From positions 1 to 61,059 of the IMG/VR virus record IMGVR_UViG_3300036806_000045: DNA of 61,059 bases. One strand, written 5' to 3'. A model generated the notes under the pieces. The model made no database searches, was not told where the DNA came from, and saw only the letters and a program-made list of their open reading frames with translations. This DNA comes from a virus. Lineage: Duplodnaviria > Caudoviricetes. Shown one piece after another: positions 35,000-44,459 of the stretch. Each line of letters begins with the position of its first letter. Within the stretch, counting starts at the first letter, position 1. The position numbers and the translations under genes were made by a program.

Positions 35000-37962
35000 T
35001 CAAAAGCGTAGACATCACAGGCGTTGAATGATGCGGATGCCGATATGTTCGCGTCAGTCAGAGCCGTGTCGGCATTGGTAATTCCGGTGAACAGCGCCAT
35101 AAGCGACTGCCCCTTATTGATTTGCATTACCGGCGGCTTCGTCAGGCTAGAAAAATTGGATGCGCTGGACATAGCGATAGGCTGTGCGAATCCCAGCGTG
35201 TTGCTGGCCGCGACCGGCATGCCCGTCACAGTTATGACTCCTGCCGATACGCCCGACTTACCCGATATCACCACCCGAAGACAGGCTCTGAGATTCTTAC
35301 CCTGCCAGTAGTAGCTGCCGATATTGGTCTCGGTCCAACCTGTCGATGATCCGTTGCTGTTCATCACCGGCGTCCAGGAGTACGGCGCTGAGTCGTATAT
35401 CGTATTATTGGACGAACCAGACAGATTGTACGTTCCGCTGCTCCCTGCCTGAAACTGATTATCAGATACGTAATTGTTCGTGCTTCTCAGCACTAGCGCA
35501 TATGTGTGCCCGCTGACGTTGGTCATGCGAGTGCCGGAGATCCTGAAGTTGGTGACCCCTGTATCAGCCGTGATGGCAGCCCCCGTCAGCGTCGCGGTGT
35601 CGATCGTCCAATTCTGTAAGGTCACATTGCTTGGCGTTCCGCCGACATCCCCCGCCGATGTGATCGACACAATCTGCGTGCCGTTGATGTTATAACAGTG
35701 AATGTTCCTGACGAGGATGTTGGTCCCGCTGCCAGAAATCTTCATGCAGTTCGCGGCAACGCCCGTTCCATCAATATCCTCGTTCTCAATCAGGACATTT
35801 GACGCACCGGAGTTGGCAAAGTTCAGTCCCTGTATCCAGATCGGTGTAAAGCTCCCAGAGGTCAGCACTGTTGTCTGGTTGTTCGCTATCGTGACGTGGT
35901 TTGCGTATCCGGCACCGGTCTCGATGCTCCCGGTGACAAGCGTACTGAACCCCCTAGCCACCGTAACTGTGCAATGATTCCCAAGAATGTGCAGATGCGT
36001 CGGATGGTTCCAATTATCCCAGCAGGCATTCTGCATGTTGTACGCGACGTTATTCGTCGCCCACGTGTCATCACTTCCGATGAATGCCACGCAATCAGAA
36101 CCGGCATTGCAGTAGTTCTTATCGGCCCATGCGCGCTGCACTGACATGAACGCAATGTGCTTTGAGACCGTGGCGCTATTGGTGGCAGAGTCGAATGAGC
36201 AGCCTTCCACCCGAAGATCATGGTCCGTTATTGTCGTCGCGGTGTTGTTAACGTTGGTGATTGTAGAGCCAACCACAATCGTCAGCGTATCCGCTGTGAC
36301 CGATGTAGTCGTGGCGATATCGAGCGTTATGCTGCCGGCCCCTATATTAATCGACGCTATCCGATTGTTGTTCGGGAAGTTAGCTGTGATGCCCGATCCC
36401 TGGACCGCCTGTCCTACGATCAGTTTAGCGATGTCGGCCGGCGAAATTCCGTCAACCGTAGTGCTGGAGTGCGTGTTCCCGGTGATGGTGAATGGCGCCG
36501 CTGGTTGAAGAATGGCGCCGCCTGCGCACGAAACCGTTGTGCCGGATTTCATCAGAAGGTTCGCGCCGATCGCGTAGGTCCCGGCGGGAATCCTAATTGT
36601 TCCGCCGCTAGATGGCACCGAGTTGAGGACGGCCTGAAGATTGGCCGTGTCGGTGGCAACCACACCAACCGCAACGGGAGCTTCCGTGATGGACACCAAC
36701 GTCTGAGGAGCGCCCCAGGTGTTCACGCCATTCAGCAGCGGCACAGTCCCGCCCGATGCGCCCGTGTTCTTCCCCGCCGCCGTGCCGAACGCCACGCCGC
36801 CGAAGCTCGATACCGTCAGCGCTCCGGTGTTCGCCAGGGTGGCGTCGCCGCTGATCGCGACGGATGCCGCGACATTGGACCCGTTGCCGACGTACAGGTT
36901 GCCGGATGTCAGCGCCGGCATCTGCGCGGTGGTGACGATGCCGGAGATGTCCGTGAACGCAGGCTGCGACAGCGACGGAACGCCCAACGTCGAGATCGAG
37001 GCAATCCACTGGTGCGATACCGATGCCGCGCTTTGCACACCGCCGAGCGTTGTGGCGGACGGGTTCGGCAACTGCGCCGCCGCAACCGATCCCGATATGT
37101 CAGAGAATGCGGGCTGTGCGAGGGCCGGTACGCCGCTGGTGGAGATCGAGGTAAGCCACTGGTGGCTGACGACCGCCGCGCTTTGGACTCCTCCCAGGGA
37201 CACCGCTGACGGGTTCGGCAGCCGTGCAGCAGGCAATGTGCCCGACGATATGTTCGACGCGCTGGTGGTGTCCGTGGTCGCACTGGCGGCCAGGCCGGAA
37301 ATGTCCGCTGCAGATGGCTGTGCGAGCGCCGGTACGCCCAGTGTGGAGATCGAAGTGACGAACTGGTGCGAGACAGCCCCAACCGCCTGGACGCCGCCTA
37401 GCGTGCCCGTGGTAGGGTTGGGGAGGCGTGCGGCGCCGAGCGTGCCGGACGTGATCACGCCAGCATCCAGCGAGACCGGAGCGGCCGAGGTCGCGGAGAG
37501 AATGCCGCCCGAAAGGGACAATCCGGCGCCCACAGACACGCCGCCCAACGCGCTCCCATTGCCGCTGAGAAGAGCCGCGGTCGGGATGCTGACCGCAAAT
37601 CCCGAGAATCGCGAATCATTGCCGGCGGCCACCGTGCCGACCGTCGTGCCGAACAGTACCTTCAGACCGTTCACGTCGTTGGTCAGACCAGTGCCTGGCG
37701 TGTTCACCGTCAGCAGGTTGAACGTGCCGTTGGCAGGAACCGCGGATCCGATCGGCACACCGTCGATGAAGCCGCCGGTGATCAGGACGTTGTTTGCGGG
37801 CTGCGTGGCAATCGTGCCGAGGCCGAGATTCGTCCTGGCCTGGCCGATATTCGTCAGATCGAGGAGGTTGTTCTGACGCTGCATAGGCCCGGTCTGGGCG
37901 TGCGCGAACCCGCACAGCAGCCCAAACGCCAGAACGGCACGGCGAATCAGATGCTGCGCCAT
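34996..37962 (-). CDS. Tail fibre/spike-like protein with a beta-helix (pectin-lyase-like) domain
   Basis: DTANLQAVLN...GGTIRIPAGTY and Asn-rich beta-helix rungs; three internal repeats; signal-peptide-like N-terminus. Confidence 0.7.
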   Translation of the reverse strand: MAQHLIRRAVLAFGLLCGFAHAQTGPMQRQNNLLDLTNIGQARTNLGLGTIATQPANNVLITGGFIDGVPIGSAVPANGTFNLLTVNTPGTGLTNDVNGLKVLFGTTVGTVAAGNDSRFSGFAVSIPTAALLSGNGSALGGVSVGAGLSLSGGILSATSAAPVSLDAGVITSGTLGAARLPNPTTGTLGGVQAVGAVSHQFVTSISTLGVPALAQPSAADISGLAASATTDTTSASNISSGTLPAARLPNPSAVSLGGVQSAAVVSHQWLTSISTSGVPALAQPAFSDISGSVAAAQLPNPSATTLGGVQSAASVSHQWIASISTLGVPSLSQPAFTDISGIVTTAQMPALTSGNLYVGNGSNVAASVAISGDATLANTGALTVSSFGGVAFGTAAGKNTGASGGTVPLLNGVNTWGAPQTLVSITEAPVAVGVVATDTANLQAVLNSVPSSGGTIRIPAGTYAIGANLLMKSGTTVSCAGGAILQPAAPFTITGNTHSSTTVDGISPADIAKLIVGQAVQGSGITANFPNNNRIASINIGAGSITLDIATTTSVTADTLTIVVGSTITNVNNTATTITDHDLRVEGCSFDSATNSATVSKHIAFMSVQRAWADKNYCNAGSDCVAFIGSDDTWATNNVAYNMQNACWDNWNHPTHLHILGNHCTVTVARGFSTLVTGSIETGAGYANHVTIANNQTTVLTSGSFTPIWIQGLNFANSGASNVLIENEDIDGTGVAANCMKISGSGTNILVRNIHCYNINGTQIVSITSAGDVGGTPSNVTLQNWTIDTATLTGAAITADTGVTNFRISGTRMTNVSGHTYALVLRSTNNYVSDNQFQAGSSGTYNLSGSSNNTIYDSAPYSWTPVMNSNGSSTGWTETNIGSYYWQGKNLRACLRVVISGKSGVSAGVITVTGMPVAASNTLGFAQPIAMSSASNFSSLTKPPVMQINKGQSLMALFTGITNADTALTDANISASASFNACDVYAFD

Positions 37963-38417
37963 AGCGTCGCCGAAACCTGGAGATATTCAGGATTGCCGAT
38001 GTTCACCACCGAGTCGGCGACGTTGGTGCCCAGGTTTTCGATCTGCGCGCCCACTGGCGGATAGACATTGATGGTCACGCCAGTGCGGTTCAGCGGTTTG
38101 ATCGATCCCGTGAAGCTCCCATCGGTCGGGGGAGTGAGGATCACGCCGCCGGTGCCGCTGGCGATGAGGGAAATCGGAGCGGAAATCGGCGTAGCGGTGC
38201 CCTGATTATTGCCGGCCGCCGCATAGGTGACGAATCGCTTGGCGATGGCGAGCAACTGACCGATCAGCGCGCGATAAGGCAGGTTACTCGGCGGCGTAGC
38301 GGATGATGTGAACTGCGAAATGACCGCGGTATCTGTCGCGTTGACCTGCGTCGCTGGAACGCCGGCGCCGCCAACTTCCGGCAGACTGTCCCAGCCGACC
38401 CCACCTGATCCTGACAT
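37947..38417 (-). CDS. Tail-fibre-associated protein
   Basis: Beta-rich, Gly/Thr-rich; AAGNNQGTATPI...INVYPPVGAQI. Confidence 0.55.
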   Translation of the reverse strand: MSGSGGVGWDSLPEVGGAGVPATQVNATDTAVISQFTSSATPPSNLPYRALIGQLLAIAKRFVTYAAAGNNQGTATPISAPISLIASGTGGVILTPPTDGSFTGSIKPLNRTGVTINVYPPVGAQIENLGTNVADSVVNIGNPEYLQVSATLWRSI

Positions 38418-40820
38418 TCACGAAACTCCTGGCAGCACGAGGACTTGGCCGGACGGCAGCACGAGCGGCTTGTCGGCGATCAGCAATGTGTTGGCCGGCA
38501 ACGTCAGCGGCCCGGGCGACAGCGAGAGCGTGCCGGCGGCGGTCACGGCGATCGTGCCGGTGATCGAGAAACTGCGGCCACCCTTGCTCTGCACGTTGAT
38601 CCCGACGGCGTACGACTGCCCGACCACGCCGCCGCTGAGATAGAAGCAGGCGAACTGGCCTGCGATCATTGTCCAGTCGAGCGCCAGGTCGTTGATGCCG
38701 TTCGGCTGGAGCGCGACCGAGATAGCGCCCAGATCGTCGCCGGCGTCGAACATGCCGGTTGTGTCGATCCAGTAGTCCAGACCGTCCTGCGTGGTGCGAT
38801 CGGGCCACGAGGGCTGCCCGGCAGAGATCAGCAGATCGAACGCCATCGACGGCAGGAACCGGGTCAGCGTGACCGTGCGGGATGGCGTAGGCGATAGCGT
38901 GCGGAGCGCGACGAATTTGACGACGCGCGAGACGACGGCCGCGGTGATGACCGCGAAGGATTGCAGTAGGCCGACGAAGTGGCCAAACCGGGTTTGCACC
39001 CGGGCGGTCTGCCCTTGTGCTGCGTGCACTGCCAGGCGTGTGAGCCGATGCGGAGCAGCTGCAGCGATCTCCAGTTGTGCCAGTCGCACGGCTATGCGAG
39101 CGGTATTCCGCCCGCCGATCATGGTTATGTTGGTGAAGGCCACCGCCTTGCCGGCACGGCGTTTGACGGCGACGATCTGTGCCGATGCGATAGCAGCGAG
39201 TTTCCCCGTCTGCTTCCGAACGGCTACCGTCTCGGTCAGCGCAACGGCTGCTGATTGGCTTCTCGCCTTGATGGTCGACGCACTGAATGCCTGCGTTTGG
39301 AGGAATGGGACGGACAGGCCGTTCCGGATTACAACAGTGCCGGCAGTAATGATCTGGCCAACGGAGAACGCGATCAGTTTGCCCACACGACGGACGATAG
39401 AGACTGTCTGCGCCAGCGCTAAGGTGATCGTATATCGCGCCTGATTACGCGTGGTGATCGTCTGAGTGATGGAGACGGCACGAGCGAGCGACGCACGGCG
39501 CGCAACAGAAATGATTTCTGCCAGCGTGGCAGTTGCACTCTGTAGCTTTGTCTTGATCGCCGCGGCGGAGAACGATTCTGTTAGCGTGACAGCGGTCACA
39601 TGGGTGACCTGTTTCAGCGTCGCCAGCACCTGCGCCAATGAGAAATCGACGCTCTGGCTACTGACTTGTTTCAGGACATTGGTCGTTTGGCCGAGCAGAA
39701 AGTCAGCGCCCTGGCTGCCGGCCTGCTTGATGACAGTAATGGTTTCGGCCTGCGCGGCGGCAGCGGATTGCAGTTTCGTCTTGATCTGCGCCGAAACGAA
39801 GGTCTCACCAAGCGTAATGGGTGTTTTATGCCGCGCCTGCTTCTTCGCGGTCAACGTCTCGGCCAGCGTGATCTTACGAATTGCTCTGCCCTGGTTTTTG
39901 ACCTTTAGTGTCTGCCCGAGCAATGCAGACCTGATAACTCTGCCCTGGTTCTTAAGCTTCAGTGTTTCGGCAAGTACTAGCGCAACTGGATGGCCTCGCG
40001 CATTACCGGAAGACAAAGCCTCGGCTAGCGTAAGAGTGACAATCTGGCTGCGCTGGACTGGGCCGCCTGCACCGATGATAAGGCGACGAGGCACCAGCAA
40101 GCCAGCTCCTCCGGATGTGTTGCTAGCAAGCCGCGCGACATCGGCCGGAGACAGTGCCCGATTATAGAGGCGGAAGTCCTTTAGCCTTCCATTCCAGAAC
40201 TGGCTGAAGTTGTCGTTGCCTATCTTACCGACGGATGTGATCGAACCGATGGACCAGGTGGTGGATGCGCGAGCGATCCCGTTGACGTAGAGCGTCCAGT
40301 TGTCGTTCTGAGCCGTTACGCAGTAGTGCCACCAGGCGTTATTAGGCGGGACCACTGCATACTGGTTGTCAGTGGCATTCAGGTACATGTCCAGAAACCC
40401 GGACGAATTCAGATAGAACCCTGGGCCAAAGGAGCCAGAACCCGTGTCAAACCGGAAGATCGTCCGGTAGCCGCTGCCTCCGCCAATATATACCCAACAT
40501 GCAAGAGCGAAGGCTGTGCTGCTGTAGGTTATGGATGGCGTCGTGACATAGGAGCTACTGAACGCGAGCGACTGACCGAATAACGCACTGGCCGGAGCGG
40601 GGGAGCTTACCGTGGCGCCGTCGTTGCGGTTGCCCGACAGGTCGCGAACTGTGGTCCCTGAGATCGTGTAGGAGTCCAGGCTGTAGTAGTAGACCAGTCC
40701 CTGCGACAGAGGATCGAGCTTATTGAGCCTCGGATACCCGCGCATGGCCGGGTCCGACCGCCCCAGGAATAGGCCCTGAGCAGGGGACTGCGCCGGAAGT
40801 TTGCCTGGATAGATCAGCAC
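38418..40820 (-). CDS. LamG domain, long basic repeat stalk and C-terminal adaptor-like domain
   Basis: GLVYYYSLD...DLSGNRNDG...WNGRLKDFRLYNRALS; repeats L.ET/Q.....Q.R; C-terminus paralogous to 43971..44459. Confidence 0.7.
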   Translation of the reverse strand: MLIYPGKLPAQSPAQGLFLGRSDPAMRGYPRLNKLDPLSQGLVYYYSLDSYTISGTTVRDLSGNRNDGATVSSPAPASALFGQSLAFSSSYVTTPSITYSSTAFALACWVYIGGGSGYRTIFRFDTGSGSFGPGFYLNSSGFLDMYLNATDNQYAVVPPNNAWWHYCVTAQNDNWTLYVNGIARASTTWSIGSITSVGKIGNDNFSQFWNGRLKDFRLYNRALSPADVARLASNTSGGAGLLVPRRLIIGAGGPVQRSQIVTLTLAEALSSGNARGHPVALVLAETLKLKNQGRVIRSALLGQTLKVKNQGRAIRKITLAETLTAKKQARHKTPITLGETFVSAQIKTKLQSAAAAQAETITVIKQAGSQGADFLLGQTTNVLKQVSSQSVDFSLAQVLATLKQVTHVTAVTLTESFSAAAIKTKLQSATATLAEIISVARRASLARAVSITQTITTRNQARYTITLALAQTVSIVRRVGKLIAFSVGQIITAGTVVIRNGLSVPFLQTQAFSASTIKARSQSAAVALTETVAVRKQTGKLAAIASAQIVAVKRRAGKAVAFTNITMIGGRNTARIAVRLAQLEIAAAAPHRLTRLAVHAAQGQTARVQTRFGHFVGLLQSFAVITAAVVSRVVKFVALRTLSPTPSRTVTLTRFLPSMAFDLLISAGQPSWPDRTTQDGLDYWIDTTGMFDAGDDLGAISVALQPNGINDLALDWTMIAGQFACFYLSGGVVGQSYAVGINVQSKGGRSFSITGTIAVTAAGTLSLSPGPLTLPANTLLIADKPLVLPSGQVLVLPGVS

Positions 40821-41288
40821 TTAGTACTGCGAGGGCGTTGGGAATATATCGAGTGTGTTGCCGCTTGCCGGCAGCGTGCCAGCGCCAGCTCCCACGTAGA
40901 CTAGCACCGTCTTGAACTTGCCCGCCGGAATGAAGACACCCTCCAGCCACTCGTCCACCGTGTTCGCCGATTGCGTAGCCGGATTGAGCGCGATCGAACC
41001 AACGAGATAATTTGACTCGGCCAGCTTGTAGCTGCTGCCACTGGTGTAAGTCGGATAGGTGCTGCCTGCGTTCGAGGACAGGAAGAACACGTTGCACTGG
41101 GAGCCAACAACAAGCGCCAAAGAGTTGGATGCGAGGTGAAGATGCAGCCTGCCGATCTGATAGGCGAATGTCGTATTGTCGATCTCAGGTCCAAGCGCGG
41201 TGCCGCTGCCGGATGCCAGAGAGTTCAGCTCGGTTGTCAGAAGATTATAGGCACTCGGTACAGTGCCCCAGAGAAAGTTCGCGACCAC
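40821..41288 (-). CDS. Virion-associated beta-sandwich protein (hypothetical)
   Basis: Located in the tail-fibre block; beta-rich composition. Confidence 0.55.
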   Translation of the reverse strand: MVANFLWGTVPSAYNLLTTELNSLASGSGTALGPEIDNTTFAYQIGRLHLHLASNSLALVVGSQCNVFFLSSNAGSTYPTYTSGSSYKLAESNYLVGSIALNPATQSANTVDEWLEGVFIPAGKFKTVLVYVGAGAGTLPASGNTLDIFPTPSQY

Positions 41289-41314
41289 TATCTGAATCCT
41301 TCAGCCTTCATGGC

Positions 41315-41986
41315 TTACGCCCCGCTGAACTGATCCGTTATCGTGAACAGGATCGAATCGCTGGTGTTGAGCGCGAGACCGGCAAAGTCAGCGGCGGCAA
41401 ACATATTGCCGCCTTGCGCCGCGGCAACGGTCGCAGTCTGGCCGCCAAGAGTGAACGATGCGCGCGCGCCGCCATCTCCACCGACCGTGAATGAGGAGCC
41501 GGATGCCTGGATTGCGGCAGTGCTGCCCAGCTGCGCGCGGGTGATGGTAAGCACGCTGGTGTTCTGGCCGCCGGTGACCAGCACGCATTCGTTGCCGACC
41601 TGGCCGTAGAAGTTCAGCGTGGTCGGTCCGATGGTCGCAGACAGGGTCGCCGACGTTGCCGAGGCAGTGATCGACGCCGCGAGCGTAGCGGTGCCCGAGA
41701 GCGTGGTCGTGTCGAACAACCCTACTTCGGTGATTGTCTTGGCACCGGCTGCGGTGATCGCGCCGGTCACCTGGTAGGTATCCGCCAGGAACGATGTGCT
41801 TACGCCTGTGCTGGTGCCAGCGACGCGTGTCTCGCTGCCTGGCACGAACAGATTGACATCGCTATTTGCATGTCCGGTTGCGGTGCCGGTGCCCCAACCA
41901 ATATTGAGCGGTTCGGCACCGGTTCCCCTGAGTCGCGTGACCAGGATCGACCGACCGGAAAATGTCACGCTACCAGTGTGCGCCAT
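41315..41986 (-). CDS. Putative virion structural protein
   Basis: IGWGTGT...ITEVGLFD...GNMF...DSILFT pattern; Thr/Ser/Ala-rich. Confidence 0.6.
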   Translation of the reverse strand: MAHTGSVTFSGRSILVTRLRGTGAEPLNIGWGTGTATGHANSDVNLFVPGSETRVAGTSTGVSTSFLADTYQVTGAITAAGAKTITEVGLFDTTTLSGTATLAASITASATSATLSATIGPTTLNFYGQVGNECVLVTGGQNTSVLTITRAQLGSTAAIQASGSSFTVGGDGGARASFTLGGQTATVAAAQGGNMFAAADFAGLALNTSDSILFTITDQFSGA

Positions 41987-41989
41987 CTC

Positions 41990-43360
41990 TCAAAGCTCCT
42001 TCAGGGCCTTCGCCACGTCAGTCACAACCTGCGTCCAATCGCCGCGGTGCTTCTGCCGGAACAGCCGCACAGAGGGGTACCAAGCCGTCAGCGTCTCGTT
42101 CCGACCCCATGCCCAGAACGCCTCGTGGCAGAGCATGACGAAGCATGGCACGCCGAGCGCTCCAGCGAGATGCGCGATGGAAGTGCAGCACGTCACCACG
42201 ACGTCGAGTTCAAGCATCGCGGAGGCACACACGACGAGGTCCTGCGAAATACCGTTCACGCGATCAGCGTTGAGGTCCTCGATCAGATGCTGCACACCGA
42301 GGCGCGCAATGTCGTCCTGTCCAGGCCCGCATTGCAGCGAATAGAGAACGTTGTCTGGATCGATTGTCAGATAGAGCAGAGTTTCGAGCGGCACCGATCG
42401 CTGTTTGTTCGCCACCTGCTCCGGATTGCCGGTCCAACAGATGCCGACCTTGCGCGCCGGGCGCAGAGGCTGTTGCAGCTGGTATGGCACCTTGGCCTGC
42501 TGCTGAAGCGCGCGCCGGCGGATCAGGCCAGGATCGGCTGCCACGCAATCAGCGCGGGCATTCGCGTGCCGCGCCAGGCTATGCAGATACACGCCATAAT
42601 CGAAGGCGTCATCGCCTTCTGGGATCAGTGTGCCGGTCGGTATGAACTCGCAGATATCGCGAAATTCCCACAGCAGGTTGCTGTAGACATGATTGCAGCA
42701 AAGCTTGATCGAGGCGGTCGGCCACGTGGCTTTCACCCATGGGATGAACCGTGAGAACAGGATCGTGTCGCCGATACCCTGTTCGGTCTGCACATAGAGT
42801 GTCTTGCCGGTAAGGTCCTCGCCTTCCCAGTATGGCACGCCGTGGAACTTCGGCAGCTTCCACTCTTGCGCCACGATGCCGTAGCGTTCCTCGTAGAGAT
42901 CGAGCCCGCGCTGCCAATCACCATGATAGAGCAGCATCAACGACAGATTGAGCCGCTGCTTCTTGCGCTGCTCGGGTATCTCCATGAGCGCGCGCATGAT
43001 GTGTTCCGCTTCGGCGACGTTACCAAGTTCGCCCAGCGTCAAGGCGAGATTTGACTGCGCCTCGGCATTGTCCGGGTTGAGTTCGACCGCCCGTTCCAGA
43101 GCGCGTCGCGCATCCGTCAAATGCCAACTATCGTGGTAGGCCGCACCGAGGCATCCCCACAGATCGGAGCTATCCGGCGCCAGCGTCAGCGCGCGGCGAC
43201 ATGTGGCGATCGCCGCCGGATACAGCTTGGCATTGATCAATGCCCGGCCATGCTGGTGAAGCACATCGACTTCACGCAGTTGCGCTTCACGGAGCGCCTC
43301 GGCTTCCTGCTGTTCCGCAGTTGGGACAGCCTGGACAATGATGATCGGCAGAGCATCCAT
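41990..43360 (-). CDS. TPR-repeat GT-B (GT9-like) glycosyltransferase
   Basis: TPR repeats, then EQGIGDTILFSRF, VGICWTGNP, YSLQ, LDVVVTCCTSIAHLAGALG and WYPSVRLFRQ. Confidence 0.85.
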   Translation of the reverse strand: MDALPIIIVQAVPTAEQQEAEALREAQLREVDVLHQHGRALINAKLYPAAIATCRRALTLAPDSSDLWGCLGAAYHDSWHLTDARRALERAVELNPDNAEAQSNLALTLGELGNVAEAEHIMRALMEIPEQRKKQRLNLSLMLLYHGDWQRGLDLYEERYGIVAQEWKLPKFHGVPYWEGEDLTGKTLYVQTEQGIGDTILFSRFIPWVKATWPTASIKLCCNHVYSNLLWEFRDICEFIPTGTLIPEGDDAFDYGVYLHSLARHANARADCVAADPGLIRRRALQQQAKVPYQLQQPLRPARKVGICWTGNPEQVANKQRSVPLETLLYLTIDPDNVLYSLQCGPGQDDIARLGVQHLIEDLNADRVNGISQDLVVCASAMLELDVVVTCCTSIAHLAGALGVPCFVMLCHEAFWAWGRNETLTAWYPSVRLFRQKHRGDWTQVVTDVAKALKEL

Positions 43361-43632
43361 CAGACGGTTTCGGTGCTCGGCCCATCCATAGACAGGGTGA
43401 TGTAACCGCCTTCGACCGCAACCAGTTTGGCTGCCTCGACCTCAGCGGATTTGTGGAAGCTGAACCGAGCGGATCCATGCTGGCCGCTTTCGTCGATCAG
43501 TTCGATCTGCACTTCGGTCACGTCGGCGGTCGCTTCTTCGCCCTGAAACGTGACCGTTTTGGAGATCTTGTGGCTCGACACCCGGTTGACGAAGAACCGA
43601 CCGACCTGCATGTCACGCTTCCTTTTTGCCAA
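43360..43632 (-). CDS. Hypothetical protein
   Basis: Coupled ORF in the late operon. Confidence 0.55.
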   Translation of the reverse strand: MAKRKRDMQVGRFFVNRVSSHKISKTVTFQGEEATADVTEVQIELIDESGQHGSARFSFHKSAEVEAAKLVAVEGGYITLSMDGPSTETV

Positions 43633-43963
43633 AACCGAGTGCGCCGAATAGCCAACCCGCCGTCGCTTTCATGATGTGCACCGGCTGCGCGAGCGGCGCT
43701 CGGCCGAGGCCGCAGTTCGGACAGGTCTCGCCGACATAGATGCCGGCACGTGGATCATCGTCACCGACAATGACACCGGGCCACCGACAGGCGCCGAAGC
43801 GAGCGATGAAATCCGGATCATTGACGGCAATCGCGCATGCATGCCTCGCGTGATCCAGCGAGGTCATGAACCGCCCAGGCGCACCACAGTGACGGCAGCC
43901 AGTCACAATCTGCGCTTGCACTCCGATCTTTGGGGCGACAGCAGAGCGTGTGTCCTGATCCAT
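43613..43963 (-). CDS. Putative Zn-binding protein
   Basis: CRHC...CPNC; GAGG upstream. Confidence 0.55.
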   Translation of the reverse strand: MDQDTRSAVAPKIGVQAQIVTGCRHCGAPGRFMTSLDHARHACAIAVNDPDFIARFGACRWPGVIVGDDDPRAGIYVGETCPNCGLGRAPLAQPVHIMKATAGWLFGALGFGKKEA

Positions 43964-43970
43964 TCGATCC

Positions 43971-44459
43971 TCACGGTGGCGGCAGAATGAGCATCAACCC
44001 ATTCGGCAGAAACAGCGGCTTTGCGAGCAGCGTCAACGCACCGGATGGCAGCAGAAGCACGCCGGGCGGCACAGATGGCGTCCCCGCACCGATCACGGAC
44101 AGAAGCGGCGCAACCGACAGGACCAGGCCCTGCTCGCTCCTTATGCTGATCCCGATCGTGTATTGCGTGCCAACAACGCCATTGATCAGATAAAGACCAA
44201 TGAAGACGCCCGATAGCATCGTGAAGGACACTGCCAGGTCATCCGGATCGGCACTCGGCGAAACGGTGACATTCACGCCGCCCGGCGCATCCTCGTCATC
44301 GAAAACGCCAGTGGTGTCCAACCAGTAATCGAGACCATCGAGCGCTGTGCGGTCGGGCCATGTCGCGGGACCGCCGGATGTGACGGTGCCAAATTGTGTG
44401 TTGGGCAGGAAGTTCGCAAGCGTGATCGTCCGCGCCGGAACCGGCAGGAGCGCCATCAA
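43971..44459 (-). CDS. Fibre adaptor-like protein
   Basis: WPDRTALDGLDYWLDTTG domain shared with the C-terminus of 38418..40820. Confidence 0.6.
   Translation of the reverse strand: MMALLPVPARTITLANFLPNTQFGTVTSGGPATWPDRTALDGLDYWLDTTGVFDDEDAPGGVNVTVSPSADPDDLAVSFTMLSGVFIGLYLINGVVGTQYTIGISIRSEQGLVLSVAPLLSVIGAGTPSVPPGVLLLPSGALTLLAKPLFLPNGLMLILPPP

Noticed and set aside
36220-37876. Long plus-strand ORFs opposite structural genes (also 8616-9833, 39466-40167, 51277-52485)
   Set aside because: These are antisense shadow frames expected in high-GC coding DNA and show no recognisable motifs.
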